From Macrostomum hystrix (taxonomy: Eukaryota; Animalia; Platyhelminthes): a DNA stretch of 64,000 bases. The DNA is taken from contig CATNEN010000007.1 of the NCBI GenBank assembly GCA_950097015.1, forward strand, positions 2,356,001 through 2,420,000, given 5' to 3'. The translations under genes and the position numbers were made by a program. The first letter of the stretch is position 1. The number at the start of each line of letters is the position of its first letter. The notes beneath the pieces are model-generated. The model was not told the DNA's origin. It ran no database searches and was given only the letters and a program-made list of their open reading frames with translations. Shown piece after piece: positions 35,801 through 48,300 of the stretch.

Positions 35801-38800
35801 TGCTAATGAAGCAATTTAAGTCATGGAAAGTTTGCTTATTCTACTTGCGATTTGGACTGCTTCTGTGGTTATAAGCGGCCTGCAGTGCGTCAAGTCCGAG
35901 TTCGTGCAGACTCGCAAAAATTTTCTATCAAAGATCGAGTGCGCCAGTTTGTGCGATGCCAAGCTCGACTGCCAGGCATTCAGCGTGGCCGACGGTCCAT
36001 GCCAGCTGTTCGTGTTCAACAGGTGCAGCAAGTACTCATATACTCATATTTTTGGAATTACTACTAGCAACAACCTGACACTCGTGATGCTTGGCGGCAC
36101 TCAGCGGCCGGGCAGTGCTGAGCCTGCTGGTGGATGGTACTGGGCCAGCTGCAACTTCAGCATCGATGCCAATCTTTGGCGCTATGATGAGCCGAACAAC
36201 TTCAATGGAGCCGAAGACATCGCCGTGGCTGAAGCCGGCCAGACAAAAATGAACGATGGTCCCGCCACAGTCGATAAATACTTCGGCAGCTTTGGCGAGT
36301 GCCTGTCGCCATTCGAGTAGCGAGCAATTTGATGCCCGGGTCCTGCTGATACGCTATGATCATGCTTAAGAATCAACACCACGAACCCCAAAGCTGAGCA
36401 ACTTTTAAAACTTTAAATATAGTCAACAACTGTAAATGAAACGAGATACTTTCCTGATAAAAGCTTTCTACATAAAAAATCCAAATGAAAGCAATCTAAT
36501 TATTCATGTCTTAAAAAGGCCTTCTAAGGACACCGTTTTGAAAAAATTCAAGACTGATCTTTACAATAAAAAACATCCAAAGAAAAAAAGCAAAATACTT
36601 TGTAGTCAGATCTCATACTACGAAAAGTAAGTCATTAAAAACCCGATTTTTCTATCAGGCAGTTTAATGCAGCAGGTAGATTAAGCAAGCACACGACACA
36701 GAGCAGCGACATGAGAGAAATCGAGATAGAAATACACGAAATCTGAGAATTAGTTTTTATTGTGTCTAAATGCGAATAAATAATATTCTTAACTTACCTG
36801 CCAGTAGGCGGCAACTCCTGCGGGCTGATGAATCACTACCACTAAGGAGGCGTCGCCGTCAGGATCGCCTCGGTAGTCATCAAGCAAATGCGCAGTCACA
36901 GCGGGATCACGACTCCACCAGGGCCGCTGACCATCCTCACAATCTTTGAAGCCATCAATTAGTTCGCCGACGCGCCATGAAGTCAAAACACATTGATCGT
37001 TGCTCAAAACTCCAAACATTCGATGACGCCATGGAGATGAGAGTGTCGAAGGTAGAGCCAGGCTCGCGACCTCGCCGGAGACCGAAATGCTTCGCAACAT
37101 GCTGCGTCGACTCACGGACCAAGCTTGAATTGCGTTAGAAAAACCGGCAAAGAGAACTCGATCCTCGGCGTCAACTGCAGCGCATTTCACACGGCCGACC
37201 GCTCCGTCAAAGATGATGCGCTCCCCGGTTCGACGAGTGGCTGCCAGTTTGTCCAGCTTATCAAATCTGACAGACTCGGTGCAGACAAAATAGACGAATC
37301 CTGTACAAATTAGTGTGTCTATGACAACAGTGCCCATAGCAACGGAGTCGTTTGCATTCGCCGACCAGTCAAACCGACGACCGCTAAAAGCAAAACGTAA
37401 CGGACGAAGTCGATCCAACAGATAAAATATAGGACGGTTGTCGATGCACACTAAAGCAGCATTAGTACTGCCCCGGGTGCCAATTGTAAGGGGAAGCAGA
37501 CGCAAGTCATTAAACTTATCTGACAGCTTCATCGATAGACGATCAACTACAAAGGCTTCTATGCCATGCTTGCCTGAGGACAGCGAAATCAGCTCATAGG
37601 AAATACTGCTGTCACTTTTAGCATTTAACATTTTCCAAACAACTAGGCACGTACGAGAGTCGACAAAGCAAGCAGCAGCTGGTAAAACACTTTGATTTTC
37701 ACCGCACGGCGGCTTTAAGAAACAAGACGGAGCAAAATTTTCTGACGTGTCAACAACAACGAGTCTACCAGCCGCAGGAGCATCATCCTGATCATTGGAA
37801 AGACAAAGTAGAAGGCACCATCGTCCAGTGGGACTGCAGCTAAGTAGACGCAGTTTTCTATGTGTCATACTATCGCCTGTATCGAATTTAGTTTGGTTTT
37901 TGAAATCAGAAACCCTGTGGTCCTCACTGCCGTGGTACTCGGTCGTATCCTGGTCGGTTTCATCAGCCGCGTCTACGACTCCCCGATCACCAGCGCTGTC
38001 ATCGTTGGTAGACTCCTGATTGTCATCTCCGTCATCATTTATCAATTTCCGATCGTCATTGCTGTCATAATCAGGAGACTCCCGATTAGCACCGCTGTCG
38101 TTTTCGACTATTGCCTGACCACTCCCACTATTATGACCACTGATTTCGAAAATATTGTCAAGGCGTCGTCGAGAAACAGGATAGCCAGTAGTCGTCTGCC
38201 AGACGGTTAGCATTCGGTTGTCACCGCTGAGAGTTACCAGCAGGTCGACGGTTGAGCAAGCAAAGTAAGCGTCGTTGATCTTGGCATCAATGCCGTCAAA
38301 AATAGACATTGGAAGCGTTGTCAAACGTCCCAGCATTCGATCGTTGTCGGGCTCCCAAATTTCCAAGGCGACATCTGTTGCCGTCGAAGTGAGCACAGCA
38401 ACTGAGCAGCCGTCTTTACTTACATGCAGAATACGGAGCAACCGACTGCTGCGATCACTGCAGGTGTTCATGTTGAAAAATCATAAACTTCATAAGGCCA
38501 GGGGTTTACATAAATGTACGATTGAACTGTCAGAGGTTTCTGACGTTTTTTAAATTAGCTGCTGATCTTTTGATTCAGAGTTGATTTATTGGTGATCCAA
38601 AATGTTAAGATCATTCTAGGGAATATTCAGTAAGACCATTCTAGAGAATATTCAGTTCTTGAGGACTCTAGGTTGTAAAGCTGGCAAGCTATTATAACTT
38701 TCATAGGAATATATATATATAAGAGTACAGATTGCAGCAACCAACCTCAGCATAGAGTGGCCATCAGTCGAGGCGATCGGCACGCAGGCAGTCAGCGGCA

Positions 38801-41800
38801 CCATCGCATTGCTGTCCCCGACATCAACAGACTGGCTCCGAGCAGCCATCCTGGCCTGTTCCAACAGCCTAAAAGTCCAGGGCTCGTCGATCTCCGAGGG
38901 CGAGTCGATGCGGGCCAGAATTTCAGCAGACAGGCACCTCAAACCGCGGCCCTGCTGCTGCAGCATCGAAGCCAACAAGCGGTAAAAGCCTGCCGATTCT
39001 TTGTCGATTCGGCTCGGTTGAAAACAGTCGTCTAAGATGGAACGCAAGCCCAGGCTGGCTTGCTTGGCTTGCGGCCAGTCCAGGCTAAAGCTAATTTTAG
39101 ACTTGTAGGCCGACAGCAGGGATCCGTCTCCATTATTTTGATTGTAAATGCCACACCCAGCTGTGACGCAACTGTGGGTCATGTTTTATTCCAATATAAA
39201 TTTGTGAGAAAACACATAAAATGCGATTTCATGCTAATTTTGTAGCGTAGGTATTGTAAGCAAATGTCATGATAGCAATGTCACGTAAGCAAAGGTTCCG
39301 GTTGCAAATGTACTTTTTGCAAAAGTCCCAGTAAAGCTCACAAAGGTCACGTTCGCTATGGTCACGGTAGCGGAGGTTCTGGTAGCAAAGGTACTGAAGG
39401 CAAGGGTTCTGGTAGCAAAGGTACTGAAGGCAAGGGTTCTGGTAGCAAAGGTACTGAAGGCAAGGGTTCTGGTAGCAAAGGTACTGAAGGCAAGGGTTCT
39501 GGTAGCAAATAATACTGAAGGCAAGGGTTCTGGTAGCAAAGGTACTGAAGGCAAGGGTTCTGGTAGCAAAGGTAATGAAGGCAAGGGTTCTGGTAGCAAA
39601 AGTAATGAAGGCAAGGGTTCTGGTAGCAAAGGTACTGAAGGCAAGGGTTCTGGTAGCAAAGGTACTGAAGGCAAGGGTTCTGGTAGCAAAGGTACTGAAG
39701 GCAAGGGTTCTGGTAGCAAATAATACTGAAGGCAAGGGTTCTGGTAGTAAAGGTACTGAAGGCAAGGGTTCTGGTAGCAAAAGTACTGAAGGCAAGGGTT
39801 CTGGTAGCAAAGGTACTGAAGGCAAGGGTTCTGGTAGCAAAAGTACTGAAGGCAAGGGTTCTGGTAGCAAAGGTACTGAAGGCAAGGGTTCTGGTAGCAA
39901 AAGTACTGAAGGCAAGGGTTCTGGTAGCAAAGGTACTGAAGGCAAGGGTTCTGGTAGCAAATAATACTGAAGGCAAGGGTTCTGGTAGCAAAGGTACTGA
40001 AGGCAAGGGTTCTGGTAGCAAAGGTACTGAAGGCAAGGGTTCTGGTAGCAAAGGTACTGAAGGCAAGGGTTCTGGTAGCAAAGGTACTGAAGGCAAGGGT
40101 TCTGGTAGAAATAGGATTGTTGGCAATGGCTTAACATGAAAGCATCAAAGCTGTAGCGAGGTCTCGCTACAATTCCGGGAAATTAATAAAAACATTACCA
40201 CTAATTTAACTACCTGTTGTCAGAAGCCCTTTGATCGATTCCTCGATTCCAATGCCAGGACCGCAGCGCATCTCTTTGAAGCAGCGGTATTAGGCGATAG
40301 CAACGGTTGCTAGGGCCTCCTGCAGCACTCACAGCGGAGCAGAGTAGATCTAGAAAATGCTCATCATGCTTTTCGTAGTCAACGAATAAATATCGAGCTT
40401 CGGCAACTTTAGCGACAGTCGGGTGGCACCAGGTGATCAGCGGCACTCCACCGTCCTCGCCTAGAGTGGTCAAGAAGCCGCGAGCGTCTCGTCTCAGACG
40501 GGCCCACCACAGCTGCGGATTCGCGCCTAGCCTACTACTGCTAGTAGCAGCAGAATTAGTCCGGCCAGTGCTGGTCAAGAGTGCTACCAGCTCAGCCTCC
40601 GTGATTCCGCCGCCAATCTGTGAAACGTTCAAGACGTTGTGAATTTACCGATCACTTGAGAGGCTCGAGCAGTATTTTAGGGTTCGTGACCGTTTTTAGG
40701 CGTGTAAGAGACAAATTTGTGGGTAAAGTGTCTAATGTGTCTAAAAAGTTTCCTAAATTTTCAGCGGCTCGTGCGGCTAACGAAACCTACAATTTTTTAA
40801 CCAGCTTTTTGACGCCCACCACTTAGTTTAATCCCCATCATTTAACCGACACTTCAGCCGTATGAACAACTTTTAATCAACATTTGAGACGTCACAGCCG
40901 CGATTGAGCAGCTTTAAAGCCTTCTATAACCCACAAAAGCAAAGAGAAACTTGGGTTTCCCGGACACCATAACCCCGGTAATGTACGTACAATCACGCAC
41001 CAACCCATCGCCACCCGTACACAACCCCCTACTGGTGGCTCAAATGAACCTTTTAAGATGTTTTTGACCCATAGTTGCGGTCGTAGTAACAACGGTGACT
41101 TATCGTTTTCATCGGAATATGCAATTTTGAAATGCTAGGAATAACACTTGACACTCACCCGACTCAGATAAGTGACAGCAGCCAGGGCCTCTCGTACAGC
41201 TAGCTCCCCGAATCGCTGCTCAAGCCTTTCAAACACTCGCTCCAAAATTAAACGAACAGAGCAGAGCTGCTCCTCAGACTCAGCTTCAATCGGTTGGCGA
41301 TCTTGGGAACGCCACCTGGCCGCCTCCGCCACGGCCAGTCTGGTTCGCAGAAGGATACCGCAACGACAGCTGCCATCGGGCGACGCCTTGCCGACATTAC
41401 TCAGAGCGACAGTCAGCTGCTCGGACTGCAGCCGCCGATTCTCCCAGCCGCTGGCCAGGATTCGAATTGCCAAATGTTTCACTTCGCAATTCGTCGGCTC
41501 TTGCAGGTAAACAACTGGTCGCCGGCTGAGTCCCCAGTCGGTCAGGCGGTCAGCTGAGCAGCTGGCAACAATGCGCACACAGGTCGGACAGCTGGCTGGC
41601 AGCCAGGCCAGCGAGTCACCTTCGATGCGATCCAGACCGGCGACGATGATGACCAAGCCGCGCCCGTGCGGCCGGAGCTGAAGGTCGCTTAGCATGTCGA
41701 GGTGCGCAGCAAAGTGGGAGAAGAGAGCAGCGTCGGACAGTTCGTTGACTTTGCTATGGGTTCGGGGAAAGCAGAAACTTTTTGGTGACTTGCTGCAGAT

Positions 41801-44227
41801 TGTGTTCGGATTAAATGATGCCGAATGCTGAGATAGTCACTCTCACCGTCTACGTTAAGAAGACTACGCTAAATTATCAACTATGTGACAAAAAAGTCAC
41901 TTACTAGACCTCAACATCAATGTCGGCGAACAAACAGCTCAACTGCCGGAGCAGACTGCGCACAATGCCAGCCGTGCTGACGAGTTCAGAACTGGAACCT
42001 GCCAGGCGAAACAGCACCGCGGTTGCCTCAGTCGCAGCCGAGCTGAGCAGAGCCGACGCCTGCGCCAGAAGTGTCGCCTTCCCGATTCCGGCGGGCCCCA
42101 CAATCAGCAAAGGCGTGGCAGTAGCCGCTGAAGATCCCGACGAGGTCAATGAAGAGGCCGCGTATTCCAGAACATCTCGCTGAGCTGGACGCCAGGCACG
42201 GTGATGGACGTCGTCTTCGACATCCGGCACCGCTCTCAAGGCAGCCATCCGCATTAGTCGGCGACGAACTCGAAGATGCCCGGCAGCTTCTAGCACAACC
42301 GGGGACGGACTGGGGATAATTTAGGAGGAAAATACATTGTTGATATCAACGATAATTCATTACACCTGCCCCAAATCGAGCCAAATGTGCAGCCGACAGC
42401 ACAGTCGCAGCTATTGCGCGGCGCATCTGAAGGCTGCGTACTTCTAAAGTGTATTGCTAAAGGACAAAAATTGTTCCAGGGGAGTCTGGAATCGAACCCC
42501 CGACCTTCAAGTCATGAATCCGACGCTCTAACCAGAAAGCTACAACCCCACCGAATGCTATTGAAAGGTGAATAAAACTAACCGGAACTCAGCCGCAGCC
42601 CAGGTGTCAATAGCGCGCTGAACCGTCATTTCAAAGTCTGCTATTTCATTGCAGCGCAACACCTTCTCTGCGCTAAAATCAGCGGCGTCGTCATCAAAAG
42701 CAACTGGGGCGGCGTCATCAAAGGCGGCTCCTCTGGCCCAGGCTGCGGGTAAGACGCCTAAACCGGCGACTGCGGCGGCAGCGGCTCGCATTGAAGTCAG
42801 TAGAGCGGCTGCCTCGGGTAGCCAATCAGCTTCGGCAGCTCCGGCGGCAGAGACGTCTGGACTCAGGTAGTCAGGATAGTGAGTGCTCACCTGAGAAGAT
42901 AAGATTAATAGGTAAAAGCGAGCAAAAATTAGCCCGACGACCAGCAATGAACTCATTACAGCGTGGCTTGCAGCTATAGAGAGTCACTTGAGAAGTGTTT
43001 GAGTCGTACACGTGAGATATCAGATTCAAACTATACTAATCAAAGAACACAAGTGACTCAAATGCAATGATAAAACTCAGAACACATCTTAGATTTTGAC
43101 AGGCGTGACTGTCTACTCACAGGCAGCAAGCGGTAAAGCTTCGGCCGAGAGTTACTGTCCAGCAGGTACCACCGCCTCAGCCTTGCCTCGTCAGCGCCGT
43201 TCATCACTCCGGCCAGGTGCTCCAGAACCGGCTGGGGCACGCATTCTGGCGGATGCTGCTCTCGGCTCAGTTTTGCCTCCTTGCCGTCTCTGGCATCGTT
43301 GCTAGGCAACAAGGCGAGTGAGCAGAATGCTGGTCCAATCGATTGGCGATAGCAGCGGAGCAGCTCGCGTTGACGCACGCTGGCCAAGCTGTGATCATCT
43401 AGTTCAGCGCGGCTGATGCCGGTGCCGAGGTTCATCAGGGTCAGACTGAGGCCCCACTGGCGGAGGCAGTGGCTGCTCAGTGCATGACTGCTGTTGGAAA
43501 TGACAGCACTGACCACATCCGGGTTGGTGGCTGGTGGCGTTGAAATGAATTTGGAAATAATTGTTCTAGATTGGGTGAGTGGCAGTGATCTAACGCGTTT
43601 GCCTTAGCGGTTAACAAGGTTCTGAGCTCGATTCCGCGGTGAGGCCACATTCATTTGGGGGCTTGTCGTGCAATTTGCGCCCTTGTAGGCCAACCTCCAA
43701 GGCACAGAGAGAGTGCACTTCCTGACAATGAGAAAGTCAAGGCATATGTACACACCTGTGTGAGCGTGTGCCTGCGTACAGTATCTGTGTATGTGTGTGC
43801 TCAGGAGTCAGCGAAGTGTGCAGAATTGCCTCCTCGCTGGCTGCGGGTCTAGTGTCACCAAATGATGTACCATTGCCAGCAGCCCTCCGGCACTCATTAA
43901 TATTATTATATTAGTGTCATCTAACAGATAAAACATTATAAATAGAAAGATAATTTTCAGGCACACGCAAGCACACACACACAGATATGACCTTCTCTTT
44001 GTCCTGAAAGCAGTGTTTGCACGACAAGCCCCCAAGCCTTCTCTCCGTGGCTGCGCCCAAATGAATGCGGCTTTGCCACGGAATCGCGCAATAAAGCAAC
44101 CTTAAACTCACCCTGACCTTCCACGCTGATGAGCAGCCTGACAACACTGGGCTTCGGCAGCTGAGCTCCATGCTCCAGGTGCCCTCGCAACAGCTGGTGC
44201 TGGTTGCAGTATTTTTGCTTTGCTTTT
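32870..44227 (-). CDS. NACHT and WD40-repeat protein, NWD1/NWD2-like; start exon not found, one in-frame TAG
   Basis: Phase-compatible exons 44227-44112, 43530-43121, 42890-42583, 42309-41905, 41753-41159, 40617-40214, 39171-38746 and 38457-36798, then an unresolved junction, then ~35330-34896, 34379-34117, ~34085-33770 and 33121-32870. N-terminal NWD motifs VVRLLIS, RQSIGPAF and RWYLLDSNSRPKLYRLLP. P-loop region PLLIVGPAGIGKATLL; winged-helix region GITEAEL and LWWARLRRD; WD40 GHSSP-IASVDF...TASLDGSLRVW. Confidence 0.8.
33288..33643 (-). mobile_element. tRNA-derived SINE, near full-length copy with (TTA)n tail
   Basis: Reverse complement of the family body; A-box GTGGCAGAGCG near 33640; tail at 33288-33314. 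Confidence 0.88.
34390..34825. repeat. 36-bp intronic minisatellite (GGACATGGGGTTCCTGTGGGAGGATACACTGTGATT)
   Basis: Direct repetition; 12-aa periodic ORFs. Confidence 0.94.
35823..36320 (+). CDS. Secreted protein with PAN/apple-like Cys motif plus partial atypical C-type lectin domain (165 aa), nested antisense in the NWD-like gene
   Basis: Signal-like MESLLILLAIWTASVVISG; CASLCDAKLDCQAFSVADGPCQLF; EPAGGWYWASC, WRYDEPNNFNGAED, MNDGP and GECLSPF. Confidence 0.72.
   Translation: MESLLILLAIWTASVVISGLQCVKSEFVQTRKNFLSKIECASLCDAKLDCQAFSVADGPCQLFVFNRCSKYSYTHIFGITTSNNLTLVMLGGTQRPGSAEPAGGWYWASCNFSIDANLWRYDEPNNFNGAEDIAVAEAGQTKMNDGPATVDKYFGSFGECLSPFE
39375..40108. repeat. 30-bp intronic minisatellite (GGTACTGAAGGCAAGGGTTCTGGTAGCAAA)
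   Basis: Direct repetition with occasional 31-bp variants; lies between NWD exons 40214 and 39171. Confidence 0.96.
42479..42549 (-). pseudogene. tRNA-Met(CAT)-like pseudogene or SINE head in an NWD intron
   Basis: GGGGTTGTAGCTTTCTGGTTAGAGCGTCGGATTCATGACTTGAAGGTCGGGGGTTCGATTCCAGACTCCCC has A and B boxes and a TTCATGA loop, but the acceptor, anticodon and T stems are poorly paired. Confidence 0.6.
43573..43912 (+). mobile_element. tRNA-derived SINE, near full-length copy (internal deletion)
   Basis: Head GGGTGAGTGGCAGTG...GCTCGATTCCGCGG, family body, AT-rich tail. Confidence 0.87.
43958..44086 (-). mobile_element. tRNA-derived SINE fragment
   Basis: TGCACGACAAGCCCCCAAGCCTTCTCTCCGTGGCTGCGCCCAAATGAATG is the reverse complement of the family 5' body. 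Confidence 0.7.
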
Positions 44228-44423
44228 CTAAAAAAATAATTTAATAACAAATTAGAGGTACAGGACAAGACTGAAGCTATATTTTAATGCGAAACTGGTC
44301 GTGTGTTCGATTCCGCGATGAAAAGGGCTCAAAACTATTTTAGAACTATGTTTCTGAAAATTTGACAAAATGAAGCGCGCCGTTATTGCAGCAAGACGCA
44401 AGCAAAATCATTGCCATTAGACC

Positions 44424-44660
44424 GCAATTTACGCAAACCTCCAAGGAACAGTGAGGGTGTCCACTGCCTGACAATGAGAAATTCAGAGCAGGTGTACACA
44501 CCGCTGTGAGTGTGTGCCTGCATACGGTATCTGTGTGCATGTGCGCTCAGGAGTCAGCGACTCGAGCAGAATTGCCTCCTCGCTGGCTGCGGGTCTAGTG
44601 CCACCAAATGATGTGCCATTGTCCGCAGCTCTCCGGCAATTATTATTATAAATTATAATT
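44424..44660 (+). mobile_element. tRNA-derived SINE, 5'-truncated copy
   Basis: Family 3' body plus ATTATTATT tail. Confidence 0.85.
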
Positions 44661-47600
44661 AGTGCGTTTCTGAAAATCTGCCATGGGAAAGCGCGCCGTA
44701 AGAGGCAAGACGCAAACAGAATCCGTGCCATTGTCACACATTGTGGGCGGACAACTTAAGAGTAAATTAAAATTCTATCAAGAGTCTAACTCTGCCTGAG
44801 ATCGAATATGCGGCAATGCCACATTTATTAGGGACTCGTGCAATTTAAAACATCATGATTCACCAACCTGGACAATACCTGATGATTCCTCAGTAATGAT
44901 TTATTTTTAACTACGAGCTATAATTTGCTTTTTTCAACAAATACGTATATAGTCTCGACAGTTGTCACACCAATGTTAGTATATTAGCTTCTACAGCACA
45001 CACTCACTCCAAACTGCTTATTAATATTACGATTAACTGAGCACTCCACTGAATGAGAAGCGGCTTTGTTTCTCATACTTTTTTGTTGCTTCCTTCACCA
45101 ACAATCTCTGCCCAAGGCCACCAACTGAATAGTTATGTTCCTTAAAAAGTAACGATTGTATTAGCATGACAAGACTTGTCAATGGTTATGATCAGCAATT
45201 AATTTCTAATGTTTCACATGCAGCACTTACATAAGCTGTTGGAGTCAGTAGATAGGGATTGTTGCTCATTTTTATTCTGGAAATATGAAGAAAAGTACTT
45301 TCATTCTATCATTCAATATGTAAGCAAGATTATGATCATAAATTGTAGTCATTTAGTTTTAATATCTTGTTTAAGCAATAAAACATATAAATGGCAATTC
45401 GCACAGTACTAAAGCTCCATAAAAATATTTAAAAAAATCTTATTCTTACTCTTTATTTGTATGTTATATGAAAGGAACAATCCTTTAAAAGTTACTATTT
45501 GTTCTTGCCCATTATAAGTTTGTGAGCCTAACTTATTTATAGGGAAATTTACACCTATATATAGGTATATAGAATAGTATAGAAAGTTACTGATTATCAC
45601 ATATTGTTACTTAAAATGACAAAAGTATGCAATGAATCTTTCTGTTTCAGAGTATATGAATGCTCATTCTTGCTAAGTTTAGGTCAGTCAAAATGCTACA
45701 AATGTTTTTAATACAACTATGATAATAGCTACTGATTTAGCTAGGCTAAAAATTTCTCAAAGATACTAAGCTAGCAATATTTATTCCAATAATTAATATA
45801 TACCTCCATAAATGCCAATGATGTGTACTGGAGTACATAAAATATTCCATGAGCATCCAACTGATATGTCAACAAAAGTCTAAAGGCCAAGGTTTCGCTT
45901 TAATTTTCCTATGTATATGCATCTGAATGTATTACGAATTTGCATGTTCTTGTTTTCCGCAAGATGACATAAAGCGAAATCAGTGAATGGAGTGAAATTT
46001 AAAATCTAGAAAATTAGTACTGTCTAGAAAATATAGAAAAATCTAGAAGTAGTACAAGCAGGGACAAGCAGTACAAGCGGTAGAAAAAAATGCGCGGGAT
46101 ATTATATGCTACTATACTATACAATTGTACGTGTAGGGTCGTTTCTCATTCCAGTAATATAATATCCATACAACATGAATAGATATCTATAGCTTATTGT
46201 GAGTTTTCGCTTTGAATTAAAAAAGTTATTAGTTCCACGTTGAACTATCGCTACACATACTACCCCAGACAGAGTGCGTTTAACGAAGATAAACCCAACC
46301 AATACATATATATATTAAATGTTTTTTCAGTTCTACCTAGCGCTTTGTGCACCTTTTCTTGTAATTTTGGTGGGATTACTTTGTTATTTTACAGACCCGT
46401 TAAGTTTAGATTGACAATATTGACAATATCATCCTCTCAATCTCAATCTCATCTCGATTTTAGACTTACATAAAAACATACCAATCGAAAGCATACAAAA
46501 ACATACCTGCAACTTACAGGCTGCAGGTATTCCTTATATTTTAAAGGTTTAAAGAGACAATTTGATCACAGATACAAATCATTGAAACTAACCCTGTACG
46601 CAAGTATCACATGTATCACTTGAATTTGGGTGTCCAATTATAGAGCTTTCTTATCGAACACTGCTCCCCTGTCTGGGCACATATGTAGCATATGTAGAAG
46701 ATATGGCTCAAATCTTCAATATCTGCATTTACTGCGTTGATTATCTTCAATCGATTCAGGACATATATTACACAACTAAATGTAGTCAATATACAACATT
46801 GATTTCTAGTCAACGAATTCGGGTATTCTTTGTAAAAAAGCAATCGCTTTCTAACATAATATTTTTAGACAATATATTCCGCGTCAGATTCTCGGCTGCT
46901 AATTGACTAAAATTTCAAACTTATACAAAACTAATTTACATGCAAATATAACTAGGTTTTCAATCTCGTGACAAATCTCTTCTGGCTTACTGTATATAAA
47001 GTTCGCAACTCTTGATGAATTGCTGACAAACTTACAGTAGCAGGAAATACTAAAACTTTTCCATCTTACTGACTTTGTGGAACTATAAGCTGATAGGAAA
47101 AAAATTGTTACATGAAAAGGGATGAAAGTATAATTGCTACATTATTATAACTTTAGATAAATGACTATATTTTTCCATACTATATCGTTTTTTCATACGC
47201 CCGGGATTCCAAAGTCAAACAATGTCCAATAAATAGAGCACGTCTGCTATTTTATTACTAGTTTTATCAGAATTTTAAAATGCAATACTATATATATTAA
47301 GAGCTAAATGATATTTAAAAAAAAACAGCAGATTGCAAACTAAGCTGAAATTAAAAATTCGTTATATTATTATACGAGCTGTACACATCGCGCCACAGAT
47401 GCGAGCTACGGAATTATATGCATCTCATTTCTATCATTGATTTCTAGCCTCCGTTTGTATATTATAATGTATTAGAATACTTATACTACACGGTTTTCGG
47501 GAGAAGGAGACTACAGGCCATGGACGAGATAAGGGAAGGAAAAATAGATAGCAGCCAGCTTTAAGGACTAAAATAATGGTGAGCCGTTTTTTAATGGTTC

Positions 47601-48300
47601 TGTCCGATCTTGCCGGATTGGATCGCAGTCTGTCTGCGAGTCTGACAAGTTGGCATGGAAGGATCAGCGTCTGGGAGCCGATCAGCTGGGATGCTAAGAT
47701 ATGAATAGTTCGCTCTTTCTGCCTCCTGCTCCCAGTTATTGATCAATGCCTTTCTCTCCCCTTCACACTCTCGTACACGGCTACAGTGGGACTACACGAG
47801 ACTGATCCGTGCGCTTGCGTGTGTGTACTCAAACAAACCCCTTGCAGCTCATTCGTGCTCAATTCTCCCCGCAATATTTCTCTCCCGCCGCTGGGAGGGG
47901 CCGCAAAGATACACAGTTTATGGCTGTATGAAAGGGAGTGTGGTTGAAATTGTGCAGTGGAAGAGAGTAAGAGAAGGCCAGAAGTTGGGGTAGAGTGTGC
48001 TGTGGTTGGGCGAGAGGAGCAAGGAAGAAGCTACAGGGCTGAGTGGGCAGTTGCTGAGTCCGAGAGCTCCTGGACTCCCCTTACAAAGTGCGCGCTCTGA
48101 AGCACTGACCCGGCCTTGCTCCCCACCTCCTACTCTCTTCCCCTGCAACCAGCTTTTTTCTCAATCCGCTAAAAACTCAGTCGCTCGCTCATTAGAAAAT
48201 AATAAAAGCGGCGAGTCAGAGAGCAGCTTGTTCCATTCCAACCATCCCAGCTCGCACAGAAAGTTCAAGGAAGGAAAGTTTAATATCGAGTGCGGGAACC

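Noticed and set aside
39229-40137. Long repeat ORFs (PEPLPSVPLL; GSKGTEGKGS)
   Set aside because: The 30-bp array has frame-shifting 31-bp variants and lies inside a phase-compatible NWD intron.
42479-42549. Functional tRNA-Met gene
   Set aside because: Only 4 of 7 acceptor pairs and 2 of 5 T-stem pairs form; retained as a pseudogene or SINE head.
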